Virus record (IMG/VR): IMGVR_UViG_2513237213_000006
Span: 8,894-72,893 of that record
Reading direction: 5' to 3' (one strand)
Source of the DNA: a virus
Lineage: Duplodnaviria > Caudoviricetes
Length of the DNA: 64,000 bases
Shown piece by piece: positions 41,001 through 49,227 of this stretch. Made by a program: the position numbers and the translations under genes. Every line of letters begins with the position of its first letter. The first letter of the stretch is position 1. Under the pieces are notes generated by a model, which saw only the letters and a program-made list of their open reading frames with translations, searched no databases and was not told where the DNA came from.

Positions 41001-41148
41001 CGGAAAACCTATGGCCTTTTTCTCCATAGAGTGTCCTGACGGTAGAACCTATGACCTTGTAATGTTTAACTATGTTTATGCGCAATTAGAGCTAAACAAG
41101 GTATATGGCTTTGTCTTGCAGGGCAATAAATTCAAAAAAACATTGTAA
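38008..41148 (+). CDS. dnaE: DNA polymerase III alpha subunit (phage DnaE)
   Basis: PHP 'HRHSHYS', 'GRGSVGG', 'PDVDID', 'FNKSHSAAY'; real start at 38008 or 38017, not 37876. Confidence 0.95.
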   Translation: MIILFIGLHRHSHYSKRDAIAKIPDMVERIGELGQSAWALTDHGTTSGLMEAYKVTQKYNKQHNTNIKFIFGCEMYWTPNVFIKDRKATCHLLVLARNEVGYKNLLRLTTIGYGDKGKRPDQYFYNMRVTTEDMVECKDGLIFTSACMGGVLNPKVYDGIDWDKNLAYERATKFKGLFGDSFYLEIQCSDTPTQREYNRNIIQMGKDLDIPVIVTEDSHYVNQHEADIHRKWLGVEIEPDNPDAYYQTDDYFIHSEEQVREAIGYLPADTVDMLIDNTLKLADSIETVHLKFGGKNFPELDLGGKTPLEAVKEKCRAGWKKKMQSVPRSEWPVYVEQLEHEFKVLEKCDYLTYFLMTEDFISWARSQNIRMGIGRGSVGGCLVAYLMDITRIDPIKYGLIFERFAHDKRVSLPDVDIDMPNSRRQDCIQYLVDKYKEVFHVRTFGKMAEKASIQRAARSLNYTPEEVRALSKAVSSIDEVSDPELRQLAKSYQGIIQNYGCHASAVMLFPSDANQWTAIEKQGDDYVCAYEYHDLEAMGLLKEDCLGIKTLDCIDECVRLVKEHHGVDVDVDALPDDDEKTFKMLQKLDVKGCFQIESGGMIKLIDQMKPTSVFDLVPLVALYRPSTIQSGMLDSFVNRRAGTEKTIYLHDKLKGCLSETYGVLLYQEQAMKIVQVMAGYDLGVADMFRRAIGRKIPSEMAELIPKFVKDGEALGIDARTMNKLAEWLTNCAAYQFNKSHSAAYGVTCYQTAYLKAHYPAEYLTAFLNAYKGDKQEDLLPYVRDAKEHGIKILPPSADSDTCGWTCGVDADGQPWIRVALNFISGVGDLPVPLDKDSYLKLPRDKVENLTKAGALDFVGDRAKLLEKLYKGGQLERLQKQLDTAAERQEKNRILYESAKEGTKKKEDAKRKMLKYSEQKWDIQQRIDEVNALNCKDFDQSKAEMEVLGMTFVDVFAGYDLSKYSTPEVDENGKPVESTPNRRIVLGCVRRWKPWKQKNGKPMAFFSIECPDGRTYDLVMFNYVYAQLELNKVYGFVLQGNKFKKTL

Positions 41149-41189
41149 AAACATACAAGAAAAACCATAACGACAGTGACCTGCTGTTA

Positions 41190-41219
41190 TTGACACACAC
41201 ATATAAACGACCATATAAT
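41190..41219 (+). promoter_or_regulatory. Sigma70-type promoter
   Basis: TTGACA-N18-TATAAT; spacer contains ACACATATAAA. Confidence 0.7.
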
Positions 41220-41263
41220 TGTATATAGAGCAAAAAGAAAGAATCACAAAAGGAGTGGTAACT

Positions 41264-41752
41264 ATGGCAAGGGGAAGAACCAAAGGTGACGTAGATTACG
41301 ACAAAATCCTCCAAAAATGGAATATCTCTTACGAACTTTATGATAAATGGGTATCGGCAAAAAAAGTCGTATACATTTTAGACCAGTATAAACAAGAACT
41401 TGGGATAGAAACAGATCGAGAACTGGCCGAAAAAACAGGGATACTAAAGCAAATTATCTCAGCCACTAGGAGCAAAGCCCGCAAGGGGAGCCGTTTGCAA
41501 GCGCTTGGAGCAATAACACTGATTGATGCATTAGGGATAGACCCTCGCGTTATCCTGGTTCAAAAGGTAAAGCCAATCGAACTGACACTCAATCCTTACG
41601 ATGCGCTTTTTCTTGACTCTTTCCCCAGTGACGTAGACCGGGCAAACCTGATGAAATACAAAAACGAAATCCTGTCGTACCTGCACAAGCTGGTTGATGA
41701 ATCCAAAAAGAAAAACATTGCCGAAATGGAAAGATATGTGAACTCAAACTAA
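41264..41752 (+). CDS. HTH-type regulator candidate
   Basis: AAGGAG SD; 'TDRELAEKTGILKQIISATRS' HTH; own promoter and terminator. Confidence 0.6.
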   Translation: MARGRTKGDVDYDKILQKWNISYELYDKWVSAKKVVYILDQYKQELGIETDRELAEKTGILKQIISATRSKARKGSRLQALGAITLIDALGIDPRVILVQKVKPIELTLNPYDALFLDSFPSDVDRANLMKYKNEILSYLHKLVDESKKKNIAEMERYVNSN

Positions 41753-41753
41753 A

Positions 41754-41780
41754 AGCCGCCGAAAGGCGGTTTCTTTTTTT
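41754..41780 (+). terminator. Terminator (probably bidirectional)
   Basis: AAAAGCCGCC-GAAA-GGCGGTTTCTTTTTT. Confidence 0.8.
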
Positions 41781-41794
41781 ATGCCTTTTTCGTC

Positions 41795-41990
41795 TGTATT
41801 TATTTGTGTGTTTATATATTTACGTATTTTTATACTTGTTTATGTATGTGTATAACTACGTATTTATGCACGCCTACACATGCCCTTCTATGCGTTTATG
41901 CACGTTTGTATGCACCTGTGTTTTTATACTTATTTATGTATGTGTTTTATTGTGTACTTATGTATTTGCTTATATATACACATAAAAAAA
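41795..41990. repeat. Degenerate TATG/TGTG tetramer tract, candidate parC centromere
   Basis: About 200 bp of low-complexity pyrimidine/purine alternation directly downstream of parR. Confidence 0.55.
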
Positions 41991-42021
41991 GAGTGCCTTC
42001 CGGCACCCTTCGGTCATTGGC

Positions 42022-42615
42022 TTATATCATTTTTATAGGTCTTCTCCGTTTGGACTTCCCGCTGTTTTTTATCACATCGGAAACATCCTCTGGCGTAGGG
42101 TCGTTCTCGGTCTGCTCGTTTTTTTCGGTCTTTTCTTTTTGCTGTGGCTTTGGCATATATTCAGGATGCGGAATATATTCTTCGTCGGGTTCTTCCGCTG
42201 GCTCGTCCACGGTGTCCACACCCGGCCCATCGTTCGCCTGGTCTGCCTGAGCTTCAGCAACCTTGGCTTCTTCCTCGGCCTTCTTCATCAGCTCTTTGCC
42301 TTTTTCGACCTTAGCTCGTTTGCTCACTGCCTGACTTACGCTATCCTTGAAATCATCTTCCAACTCAAAAGCCGCCAGTGCGTCACCTTTATGCGTGGGG
42401 ATGATGGTTCTTTTTGTTTCCTTCTTCATAGCTTTGATTCGAGCCACCTTCTCCGCCAGCATCTTGTCCTTTTCATCCCTCAGTATCTTGAAGAAATCCT
42501 CGCGCAGAACAAGCTCAGATATATAGGCCGACATATTAAGCCCCATCGCATCAGCCTGAACCTTCAGAAGCTCCTTTACTTCCGGCTCTATTGTGATTGT
42601 CATATTAACTCGCAT
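42022..42615 (-). CDS. ParR-like ribbon-helix-helix adaptor
   Basis: N-terminal 'MRVNMTITIEPEVKELLKVQADAMGLNMSAYISELV' RHH; acidic disordered tail; follows parM. Confidence 0.75.
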   Translation of the reverse strand: MRVNMTITIEPEVKELLKVQADAMGLNMSAYISELVLREDFFKILRDEKDKMLAEKVARIKAMKKETKRTIIPTHKGDALAAFELEDDFKDSVSQAVSKRAKVEKGKELMKKAEEEAKVAEAQADQANDGPGVDTVDEPAEEPDEEYIPHPEYMPKPQQKEKTEKNEQTENDPTPEDVSDVIKNSGKSKRRRPIKMI

Positions 42616-42621
42616 ATTTTA

Positions 42622-43509
42622 TCAGTCCTTTTCTCCTGCATAATATCCGTAAGCATTTGCAAATACCGCTGTCATTTCGTCCAGTGGTTTATATGCAGTA
42701 TCTTTAAAGTGGGGGGCAATGAAAGAGGTGCCACCGCCGACGATGTAAAGAGAGTCCATCAGTTCGAGATTCCAATGGTTAATTCTGAGATTGTTCTTGA
42801 TAGTCTTTGCCATTCTCTCAAAGGCTTTGTCAGCCTCCTCGGGTACTTTGTCAATGTATAACTTCGCTTCATAGCTCTCAATATCATTGTAGCCGACATT
42901 TTCAAGAGCTTTCACAATATCCCGATAAGCATTGATAACGCCTTTCTCTAAGCTGCCGCTGTTCTCTGGGACGTAAGTGCCGCGCTTGAAGTAAGCAAAA
43001 TCGACGGTTTTCTGTCCAATGTCAACGATGCCAATCACTTTTCTTTTGATGTCCTTATCGTCTTTGGCAATCAGTTTGTAGACAGCTTCCGACTGGGCAT
43101 ATACGGAGATTTTCTTGATGTCAACGGAGCACTTCTTGCCATTATAGGACACTTCATACTTGCCTTTTAGCTTCGTTAGAGCGTCTTTCATGGCCTTGTA
43201 ATCGCTAATGGGTAGTCCAACCGCAACCGAATCGGAGAAGCTCTCTGTGTCCGTCATAGCACAGATAGCAGTCAACATGAAAATCTTGTGACGTAACATA
43301 TCAGTACGGTCAAATGGAGCTTCGCCGCCACGGTTCAAGGCGGTCATACCAACATGGTACTTAACACCGTCCAATTCAAGCAGCTGATCGTCCGGATCAG
43401 TAGTGGGAATGTAATCCTCCGATGCTTCCATGTAAACAGACGGGAAAGCCGTAACCTCCTCGCCGTCATACACCTTCACATTACCAAATCCAACATCGAT
43501 ACTAAGCAT
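42622..43509 (-). CDS. parM: ParM/StbA actin-like segregation ATPase
   Basis: Actin motifs 'IDVGFGNVK', 'QSEA', 'VDIGQKTVD', 'VGGGT'. Confidence 0.9.
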   Translation of the reverse strand: MLSIDVGFGNVKVYDGEEVTAFPSVYMEASEDYIPTTDPDDQLLELDGVKYHVGMTALNRGGEAPFDRTDMLRHKIFMLTAICAMTDTESFSDSVAVGLPISDYKAMKDALTKLKGKYEVSYNGKKCSVDIKKISVYAQSEAVYKLIAKDDKDIKRKVIGIVDIGQKTVDFAYFKRGTYVPENSGSLEKGVINAYRDIVKALENVGYNDIESYEAKLYIDKVPEEADKAFERMAKTIKNNLRINHWNLELMDSLYIVGGGTSFIAPHFKDTAYKPLDEMTAVFANAYGYYAGEKD

Positions 43510-43702
43510 AGATACAACATCCTTTCAATATGTATTTGTTTATGTGCGGTTCCCGACTGGTTCCCCGCAACAACCATATTATAGCACACGTACATATTTA
43601 TTTGCAAGCATATTTATTTTATATGTATGGTTATATTCGTTTACATACGTATTTGGAAATTATAAAAACGAAGAGTGTATTATATTTATGAAAAACTTGG
43701 GC

Positions 43703-43732
43703 TTGACTCCATCATATATGGTGTGTTATTCT
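43703..43732 (+). promoter_or_regulatory. rep leader promoter
   Basis: TTGACT-N18-TATTCT with extended TG. Confidence 0.55.
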
Positions 43733-43769
43733 TGATGCATAGACATTTTGAACACGGACAACAAAAAAG

Positions 43770-43927
43770 GACAACAAAAAAGGACTTCTCCCGCGCCAAC
43801 GGTTGAAATCCTTTAGTCCACATAGCCTGCAGCCACAGGCACTTGTAGGAAGCGACGCCAATCGCAAGACCTACTTTGAAAGCAACTACTGATTTGTGTA
43901 CGGAATCAGCAGAGCATTGTTTTCTAT
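43770..43927 (-). ncRNA. Candidate countertranscript RNA (copy-number control) in the rep leader
   Basis: Minus-strand TTGCAT-N17-TATAAT at 43962-43934; terminal hairpin with TTGGCG loop and T6. Confidence 0.6.
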
Positions 43928-44083
43928 TACTATATTATACAGTAATGGAGTAAATAATGCAAGAGTTATAGCTGTATTTTGCTATATTTCTATACGCATA
44001 TTCGGGAGCATTTTCAGACCTGTGGTGTTGGTTTGAGGATGCTCCTTTTTGGTATGTCTAAAACAGGAAAAGAGGTTATTGGT

Positions 44084-44785
44084 ATGGCATGGACAGTAAA
44101 CGGTATAAAACTGAACAACACGCATCTCGCCGTATACAACTGCGTAAAACGCTTATCGAAGAAGCAAGGATACTGCTCTGCATGGAACGAGCAAATCGGG
44201 AAGGACTGGATGGTGAATCGTTCTCCTGATCGCGTGAGCCACATTTTAACCGACCTGCGTAGAGCTGGCCTGGTTGCCGTGCTTTGCATTTACGAGAAAG
44301 GCAGAAACTTTGTGAAGCATCGTAAACTCACCATTGTTGGGGACTTCCTGAAGGCCGTAACCCCCAGTCTTTCCTCTATCGCTACAAATAACGAGGTACA
44401 TTCCGTAGGATGTAATAATAAGACAAACAACAACGACGGCGAGCCACTCAAGAACCTGATGCGGTCTGCCATGAAGCTGGGTATATCCCCATATCGGGTA
44501 AGTGTTGCCATTAGAAAATGGGGCATTAAGTACGTTCAAGAAAAGATGGCCATTGTTGCCAACTCCCGCACGGTAAAGAATCCGGTGGCTTATTTCCTGA
44601 GAGCATTACTCTCCGATTGGAAGCCCAATAAACGCGCATCTAAGCATATCGGACAACCCTGCGACTATACCCGCAAGACCGTATTCACTGTGAACTACGA
44701 AAACCATGAAGCAGATGCCGTTGTCAAAACACGTTCCCTCGATGAAATAGCCAAGGACTCTCCATTTGCTAAGTTTCTGCGATAA
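44084..44785 (+). CDS. Plasmid-type replication initiator (wHTH) candidate
   Basis: N-terminal winged helix; C-terminal 'VKNPVAYFLRALLSDW'; AAGAGG SD; flanked by par, antisense RNA and AT-rich DNA. Confidence 0.65.
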   Translation: MAWTVNGIKLNNTHLAVYNCVKRLSKKQGYCSAWNEQIGKDWMVNRSPDRVSHILTDLRRAGLVAVLCIYEKGRNFVKHRKLTIVGDFLKAVTPSLSSIATNNEVHSVGCNNKTNNNDGEPLKNLMRSAMKLGISPYRVSVAIRKWGIKYVQEKMAIVANSRTVKNPVAYFLRALLSDWKPNKRASKHIGQPCDYTRKTVFTVNYENHEADAVVKTRSLDEIAKDSPFAKFLR

Positions 44786-44899
44786 GAGCATAGATATTCC
44801 CTGACAACTCCATACTCTACGCATCAGGCGTACTCTATTCATTTTTAGGGACTTTATGCCCATTATTTTAAATGCGGGTAATTTCTGAAAATAATTTCT

Positions 44900-45260
44900 T
44901 TGAGTATTCGTCATACTTTCTAATGTGTCAATAGACACTGGCTCTCCTTGTATTTATTGGGGTCTTGCTTATGGTATTTCTTTACAGAGATAAAGCGACA
45001 CAGGGAATGCGACCAAAGTCATAATATCTTTGCTTGACATTACATTCGTCACAGTCTATTATTAAAATCACATTAGAAATTGAGGCAAAAAAAAAAAAAA
45101 ACACCAATTCTGACATTTTCCATCGGGGAAACACGTTTTACCATTCGTAGCTCACTTTTTTGCACATCTTCAACTATTCGGGAACGTAAACCACTTATAG
45201 TCTATTTGTAAAATGATACTTTTAATAAAAAGAATTTATTTTATAAAAATGTATTGTTTT
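44900..45260. other. Candidate replication origin
   Basis: Non-coding, after rep; DnaA-box match TTTTGCACA (45158-45166), A15 run, AT-rich stretch 45200-45260. Confidence 0.4.
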
Positions 45261-45317
45261 TATGTGTATACTGTGGTAGACTGTATTTAGTTTACAAAAC
45301 AGGAGGTTCTTTTCATC

Positions 45318-45500
45318 ATGCAAAAATTCCCCAAGATTTTCCGTTTTCTCGGTAAAGACATCAAGATTGACTCTCTCGAAGAAGAGAAGAAGATTTTAGA
45401 CGGCTTATCGAGGCTCGTTCGCGATAACTTTGAGTGCGGGTTCCAAGGGCATGACGGAAGAGAACTTCCCATTAGAATACAGATTGGAGATGCGTGTTAA
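45318..45500 (+). CDS. Small hypothetical protein
   Basis: AGGAGG SD; promoter-like TTGTTT-N17-TAGACT upstream. Confidence 0.6.
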   Translation: MQKFPKIFRFLGKDIKIDSLEEEKKILDGLSRLVRDNFECGFQGHDGRELPIRIQIGDAC

Positions 45501-46232
45501 TTGGCTAAAAAGAACGATGTCGAGGCTCAGCTGAAAGCTCCTTTTCCGCTGGCTGACCTTGAGTGGCGTGTTGGTTCCACTTTCAAAGAGGGTACAAAGG
45601 GGATTTTATTGCCTTTTGTGACAGCCCGAGCAATTCAGGAACGGCTCGACCAGGTGTTCGGCGTTGAGGGTTGGAAGAACAAACCGGATATTTACGAGCA
45701 GGGTGTTGTGTGCACTCTGACGGCTACAACCGCCGATGGTAAGGTGATTGAGAAAGCTGATGGCGCAGAGTTCTCACAGGTTAGTGGCCTGAAGGGTGGC
45801 ATCAGTGGTGCTCTGAAAAGGGCTGCTTCTGCAATGGGCATTGGCAGGTATCTGTATGATCTGCCGGTTATCAACGTAGAACTCGACCACAAGCGGTTCA
45901 AAGGCAAGGTCGTGGCTCTCCCCGATGAGTTTGTTCCCGAATCGGAGAAAACTGGGGCGACGGAAGTTAAGATTGAGTATTACGGTTTCGCTGGCTCTGA
46001 CGGCGGTTACAACAATCATAGAGGCGCATCCAATAGTGCACCCTTAGGTAACGTATCGGAAGACGAAATCAAGGCCGCTATGGACTTTGTGGTGCGTAAT
46101 GACAAATACAACGAGGGCAAGAAGATGTCCGAAGTGTGGGAGAAATCCCTGCGCTTCCTTGCAAATGGTCGCGACAAAGAACAGGCCAGAGCAGCTCGAA
46201 TTGTAGCTCGGCATAAGGGCATCGCACTGTAA
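45501..46232 (+). CDS. Rad52/Rad22-family single-strand annealing protein (Sak-like)
   Basis: 'LKAPF...EWRV', 'ARAIQERLDQVFG', 'SGALKRAA...GIGRYLY'. Confidence 0.88.
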   Translation: MAKKNDVEAQLKAPFPLADLEWRVGSTFKEGTKGILLPFVTARAIQERLDQVFGVEGWKNKPDIYEQGVVCTLTATTADGKVIEKADGAEFSQVSGLKGGISGALKRAASAMGIGRYLYDLPVINVELDHKRFKGKVVALPDEFVPESEKTGATEVKIEYYGFAGSDGGYNNHRGASNSAPLGNVSEDEIKAAMDFVVRNDKYNEGKKMSEVWEKSLRFLANGRDKEQARAARIVARHKGIAL

Positions 46233-46543
46233 GTATTTATGTATGTAAGTGCATATGTGTTTGTTTGTGTATGTAGTTATTTGTGTAAATATGTATAGTG
46301 GAGGTTTGCTGTGTTACGTTTAACAACCATATTTCTAGCCGGGTGCGGGGCCTATGTATTGGTTGGCACCTATATGGTACTGTGCCTCCTAAATCGTTGC
46401 ACTCTTTCTTCAACAGATAGCTACAATATGTGCGACGTTATGCGTACTTGTGCTCATATTATAGGGTATCACCTGAAACTCATAGAGTGTGCAATATCCA
46501 CACAAACACACAACAACATAAACAAATATGTGTGTAAATATGT

Positions 46544-46906
46544 ATGTGCATAGATATTGAGAAATTCGTGGGGTTGCCTTTTAAGAGCCAGCTCCACCAA
46601 TGTTGCCTGATGTACTGTCTAGCCAATGGCGTATCAGCATTTAAGAACAAAAAGCCCTCGCCTGATTACTTCAAGTGCAGAGCGTATCTGTTTAAACTGC
46701 CAACACAGGACATCAAAAACATTGCATTGATGCTCATGAAAGAGCGAAAACCTGTCTACCTCTATGACCTATTAAAAAAGGCACAGGAGTATGTAGAGCG
46801 GGAGCGTACAGAGGAAAATAAAAATAAGATTGACCGTCTTGAGAAAGCGTGTAAAAACGGCAATTCTTACGACATGGATGCAGCTTTGTTAGATTTTTTA
46901 GGATAA
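46544..46906 (+). CDS. Hypothetical protein
   Basis: Clean ORF in the operon. Confidence 0.55.
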   Translation: MCIDIEKFVGLPFKSQLHQCCLMYCLANGVSAFKNKKPSPDYFKCRAYLFKLPTQDIKNIALMLMKERKPVYLYDLLKKAQEYVERERTEENKNKIDRLEKACKNGNSYDMDAALLDFLG

Positions 46907-46909
46907 CAT

Positions 46910-47260
46910 ATGTTAAGAAAAACGATAGCGACATTGACAGTGACAACGGTTCTAGGTGTCGGACTGTGGTTCATTGATGACTTTTACACAGAGAAAACAT
47001 TAGAATGGTACGAAGACTCCTATGCTTATGCTTTTGAGAAGACCAACGAGAAGCCCGATGAGGATAACGAACTTGGTCGTATGACATGGCTTTTGTGCTG
47101 GCGTATAGCGAATAATTTTACGCCGTCGCTGTCAGATTGGCTCGACCCACCACCAAAAGTGGGAAAAAGAGAAACAGTTGAGTACATACAGAAACAGGGG
47201 TATTATTACGATGCGTGGAAAGGAACTCTCGTAGAGATACCCGAATCGGAGGAAAAATAG
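46910..47260 (+). CDS. Hypothetical protein with N-terminal TM/signal segment
   Basis: Hydrophobic N-terminus; operon context. Confidence 0.6.
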   Translation: MLRKTIATLTVTTVLGVGLWFIDDFYTEKTLEWYEDSYAYAFEKTNEKPDEDNELGRMTWLLCWRIANNFTPSLSDWLDPPPKVGKRETVEYIQKQGYYYDAWKGTLVEIPESEEK

Positions 47261-49227
47261 ATGTAAAAACCCTTGTAGGTCAGGTCGATTTAGTCGAGTT
47301 CGCTGAGAAGTACACGGATTTACAGAAGCAAGGTGATGTGTACCGGGGAATATGCCCTGTTTGTCAGCACGATAACAACAGTGAATTTGTTATATACGAC
47401 CACAAAACCTACCATTGCTGGGCGTGCGGCTCATCGGGCGACGTTATCAATCTGTTGCGGGATAAGTATAAGCTGGACTTTTTCGCGGCGGCTGAGAAAC
47501 TTGCCGATATGATGAACGTAGATTTAACCCATGACAAAGGCTATAAGGCCAGAAAAGAAGCGGTAAATAAAAGACAGGAATGGGCGAGAGCCTGCCAGCG
47601 CAATCTGAAGGTAGTCAAGGACTATCTCACTAAGGTGCGCGGCCTGTCAGACAGCACAATAGACTATTTTCAGTTAGGTGCGGATGAGCACGGAAATGTA
47701 TCTATCCCCCTGATCGACGCAAACGGTCGCTATGTAAGCTGGGCAGTTCGCCGCTTTGAAGGTCAGCCAAAATATTTGACTGGTAAGAATGACGAGATTT
47801 TTACTAAAGCGGAATTTCTCTTTAATATGCGTGGCGCAAAGGAGAGAATGACGAACACCCTCTACTTAGTGGAGGGCTTTTTTTGTGCCATGAGTTTGTA
47901 TGAAGCTGGTTTTGCGGCAGTGGCATACAATAGCAGCCAACCCTCGAAACAGCATATACAGAAGATGGCAGCACTTTTGAAATATCATCCTGAGCTGACA
48001 GTGGTGCTGGTGCCGGATAATGACGGCGTGGCCTACCCGCTGGTCGAAAAAGTCAGGAAGAACCTTCTGCGATATGCTCCTGAGTTACCTGTGGAAGTGC
48101 TGATGTTGCCGGATGGCATGAAGGATGTCAATGACTTCTTTGTTGCTGGTGGCACATCGGAAGGATTTGCACAGTTGCCGAAAGAGCCGATTGACCTGTT
48201 TGTGTTGAAGCAGGAACTGCAGAAGTGCGGGAGTCGAACGGCAGAGCGCAAAATGGTGGAGTCATACGCCAAGACAGTCAAGGATAATCTTACCCTGCTG
48301 CAGATCGCGAGTTATCTTGCTGGCAAATGGGGAGTCACGACAGAGGCCGTAGACGACTTCCTGCAGGTGTCCCGGCAAGGCATGGATTTAGACAGTGATT
48401 TCAAAGACCCCGACCAATGTATCGCGGAAACCGTGAAAATGCTGAAAGAGCCAGTTATGTCATATGGTGTCAAGACTCTTGATGATGGTATCAGGGGGGC
48501 TGGCCGGAGAAAAGATGTAACCATTGTTGGTGCGTGTTCCTCGGTCGGCAAGACATTCTTTGTTGTCTGTATGGCGGCAGATATGGTGGTGCGTCAGCGT
48601 AAGCGTATTGTGTTCTTCTCGCTGGAAATGAGCGCGGGGGCGTTGTTTGAGCGTCTTATCGCCTGTTTGCTGGGGCGCAGTTCGGATATTGTCGATAAAA
48701 TGCTCATCGAAGGAGATCCGCTGGCCTATTCCGTACTGGAGAAGTTGCGCGAATACATCTATGTTGTCGATAAGAACGGCCTGACCATCGAGGAAATTGA
48801 TGCCTATGTCAAAACCGCGAACAGTAAAATGTTTGATGGCCAGTTAGACTGTGTGTTTATTGACTATCTGCAGTATATGAAAGGGTGTTCCGAGTATCAG
48901 GTGTTGGCTGAAACGGCGAAAGGGCTGAAACCACTGGCGAAAAACAACAACATCCATGTGGTGGCTCTCAGTCAGTTGAACCGTGGTGTTAATCCGTGGG
49001 AGCGTCCTGACATGGGCAAACTAAAAGGCGGTGGCGACATCGAAGCATCCGGGGATGAAATTCTGCTGCTTTGGAGGCCGGAAAAAGATCCGAACCTGTT
49101 ACCAGACGAACGAGAGTTAAAGAAAAACAAGGTTATGTGTGCGATAGGAAAGGCTCGTCATGGTGCTCGTATAGACGAAACAGAGCTGATTTTTGATCCA
49201 GCCACATCGAGAATAAGAGGTGTATAG
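47215..49227 (+). CDS. Primase-helicase (CHC2 Zn finger, TOPRIM, DnaB-like)
   Basis: 'CPVC...HCWACG', 'LVEGFF', 'PDND', Walker A 'ACSSVGKT', 'FIDYLQ', 'SQLNR'. Confidence 0.92.
   Translation: MERNSRRDTRIGGKIDVKTLVGQVDLVEFAEKYTDLQKQGDVYRGICPVCQHDNNSEFVIYDHKTYHCWACGSSGDVINLLRDKYKLDFFAAAEKLADMMNVDLTHDKGYKARKEAVNKRQEWARACQRNLKVVKDYLTKVRGLSDSTIDYFQLGADEHGNVSIPLIDANGRYVSWAVRRFEGQPKYLTGKNDEIFTKAEFLFNMRGAKERMTNTLYLVEGFFCAMSLYEAGFAAVAYNSSQPSKQHIQKMAALLKYHPELTVVLVPDNDGVAYPLVEKVRKNLLRYAPELPVEVLMLPDGMKDVNDFFVAGGTSEGFAQLPKEPIDLFVLKQELQKCGSRTAERKMVESYAKTVKDNLTLLQIASYLAGKWGVTTEAVDDFLQVSRQGMDLDSDFKDPDQCIAETVKMLKEPVMSYGVKTLDDGIRGAGRRKDVTIVGACSSVGKTFFVVCMAADMVVRQRKRIVFFSLEMSAGALFERLIACLLGRSSDIVDKMLIEGDPLAYSVLEKLREYIYVVDKNGLTIEEIDAYVKTANSKMFDGQLDCVFIDYLQYMKGCSEYQVLAETAKGLKPLAKNNNIHVVALSQLNRGVNPWERPDMGKLKGGGDIEASGDEILLLWRPEKDPNLLPDERELKKNKVMCAIGKARHGARIDETELIFDPATSRIRGV

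Noticed and set aside
41804-42250. 148-aa plus-strand ORF
   Set aside because: Translation of a low-complexity tract that overlaps parR antisense
38008-49227. Inteins or introns in DnaE and the primase-helicase (also checked terL)
   Set aside because: Protein lengths are ordinary and no splice motifs or frame breaks were seen
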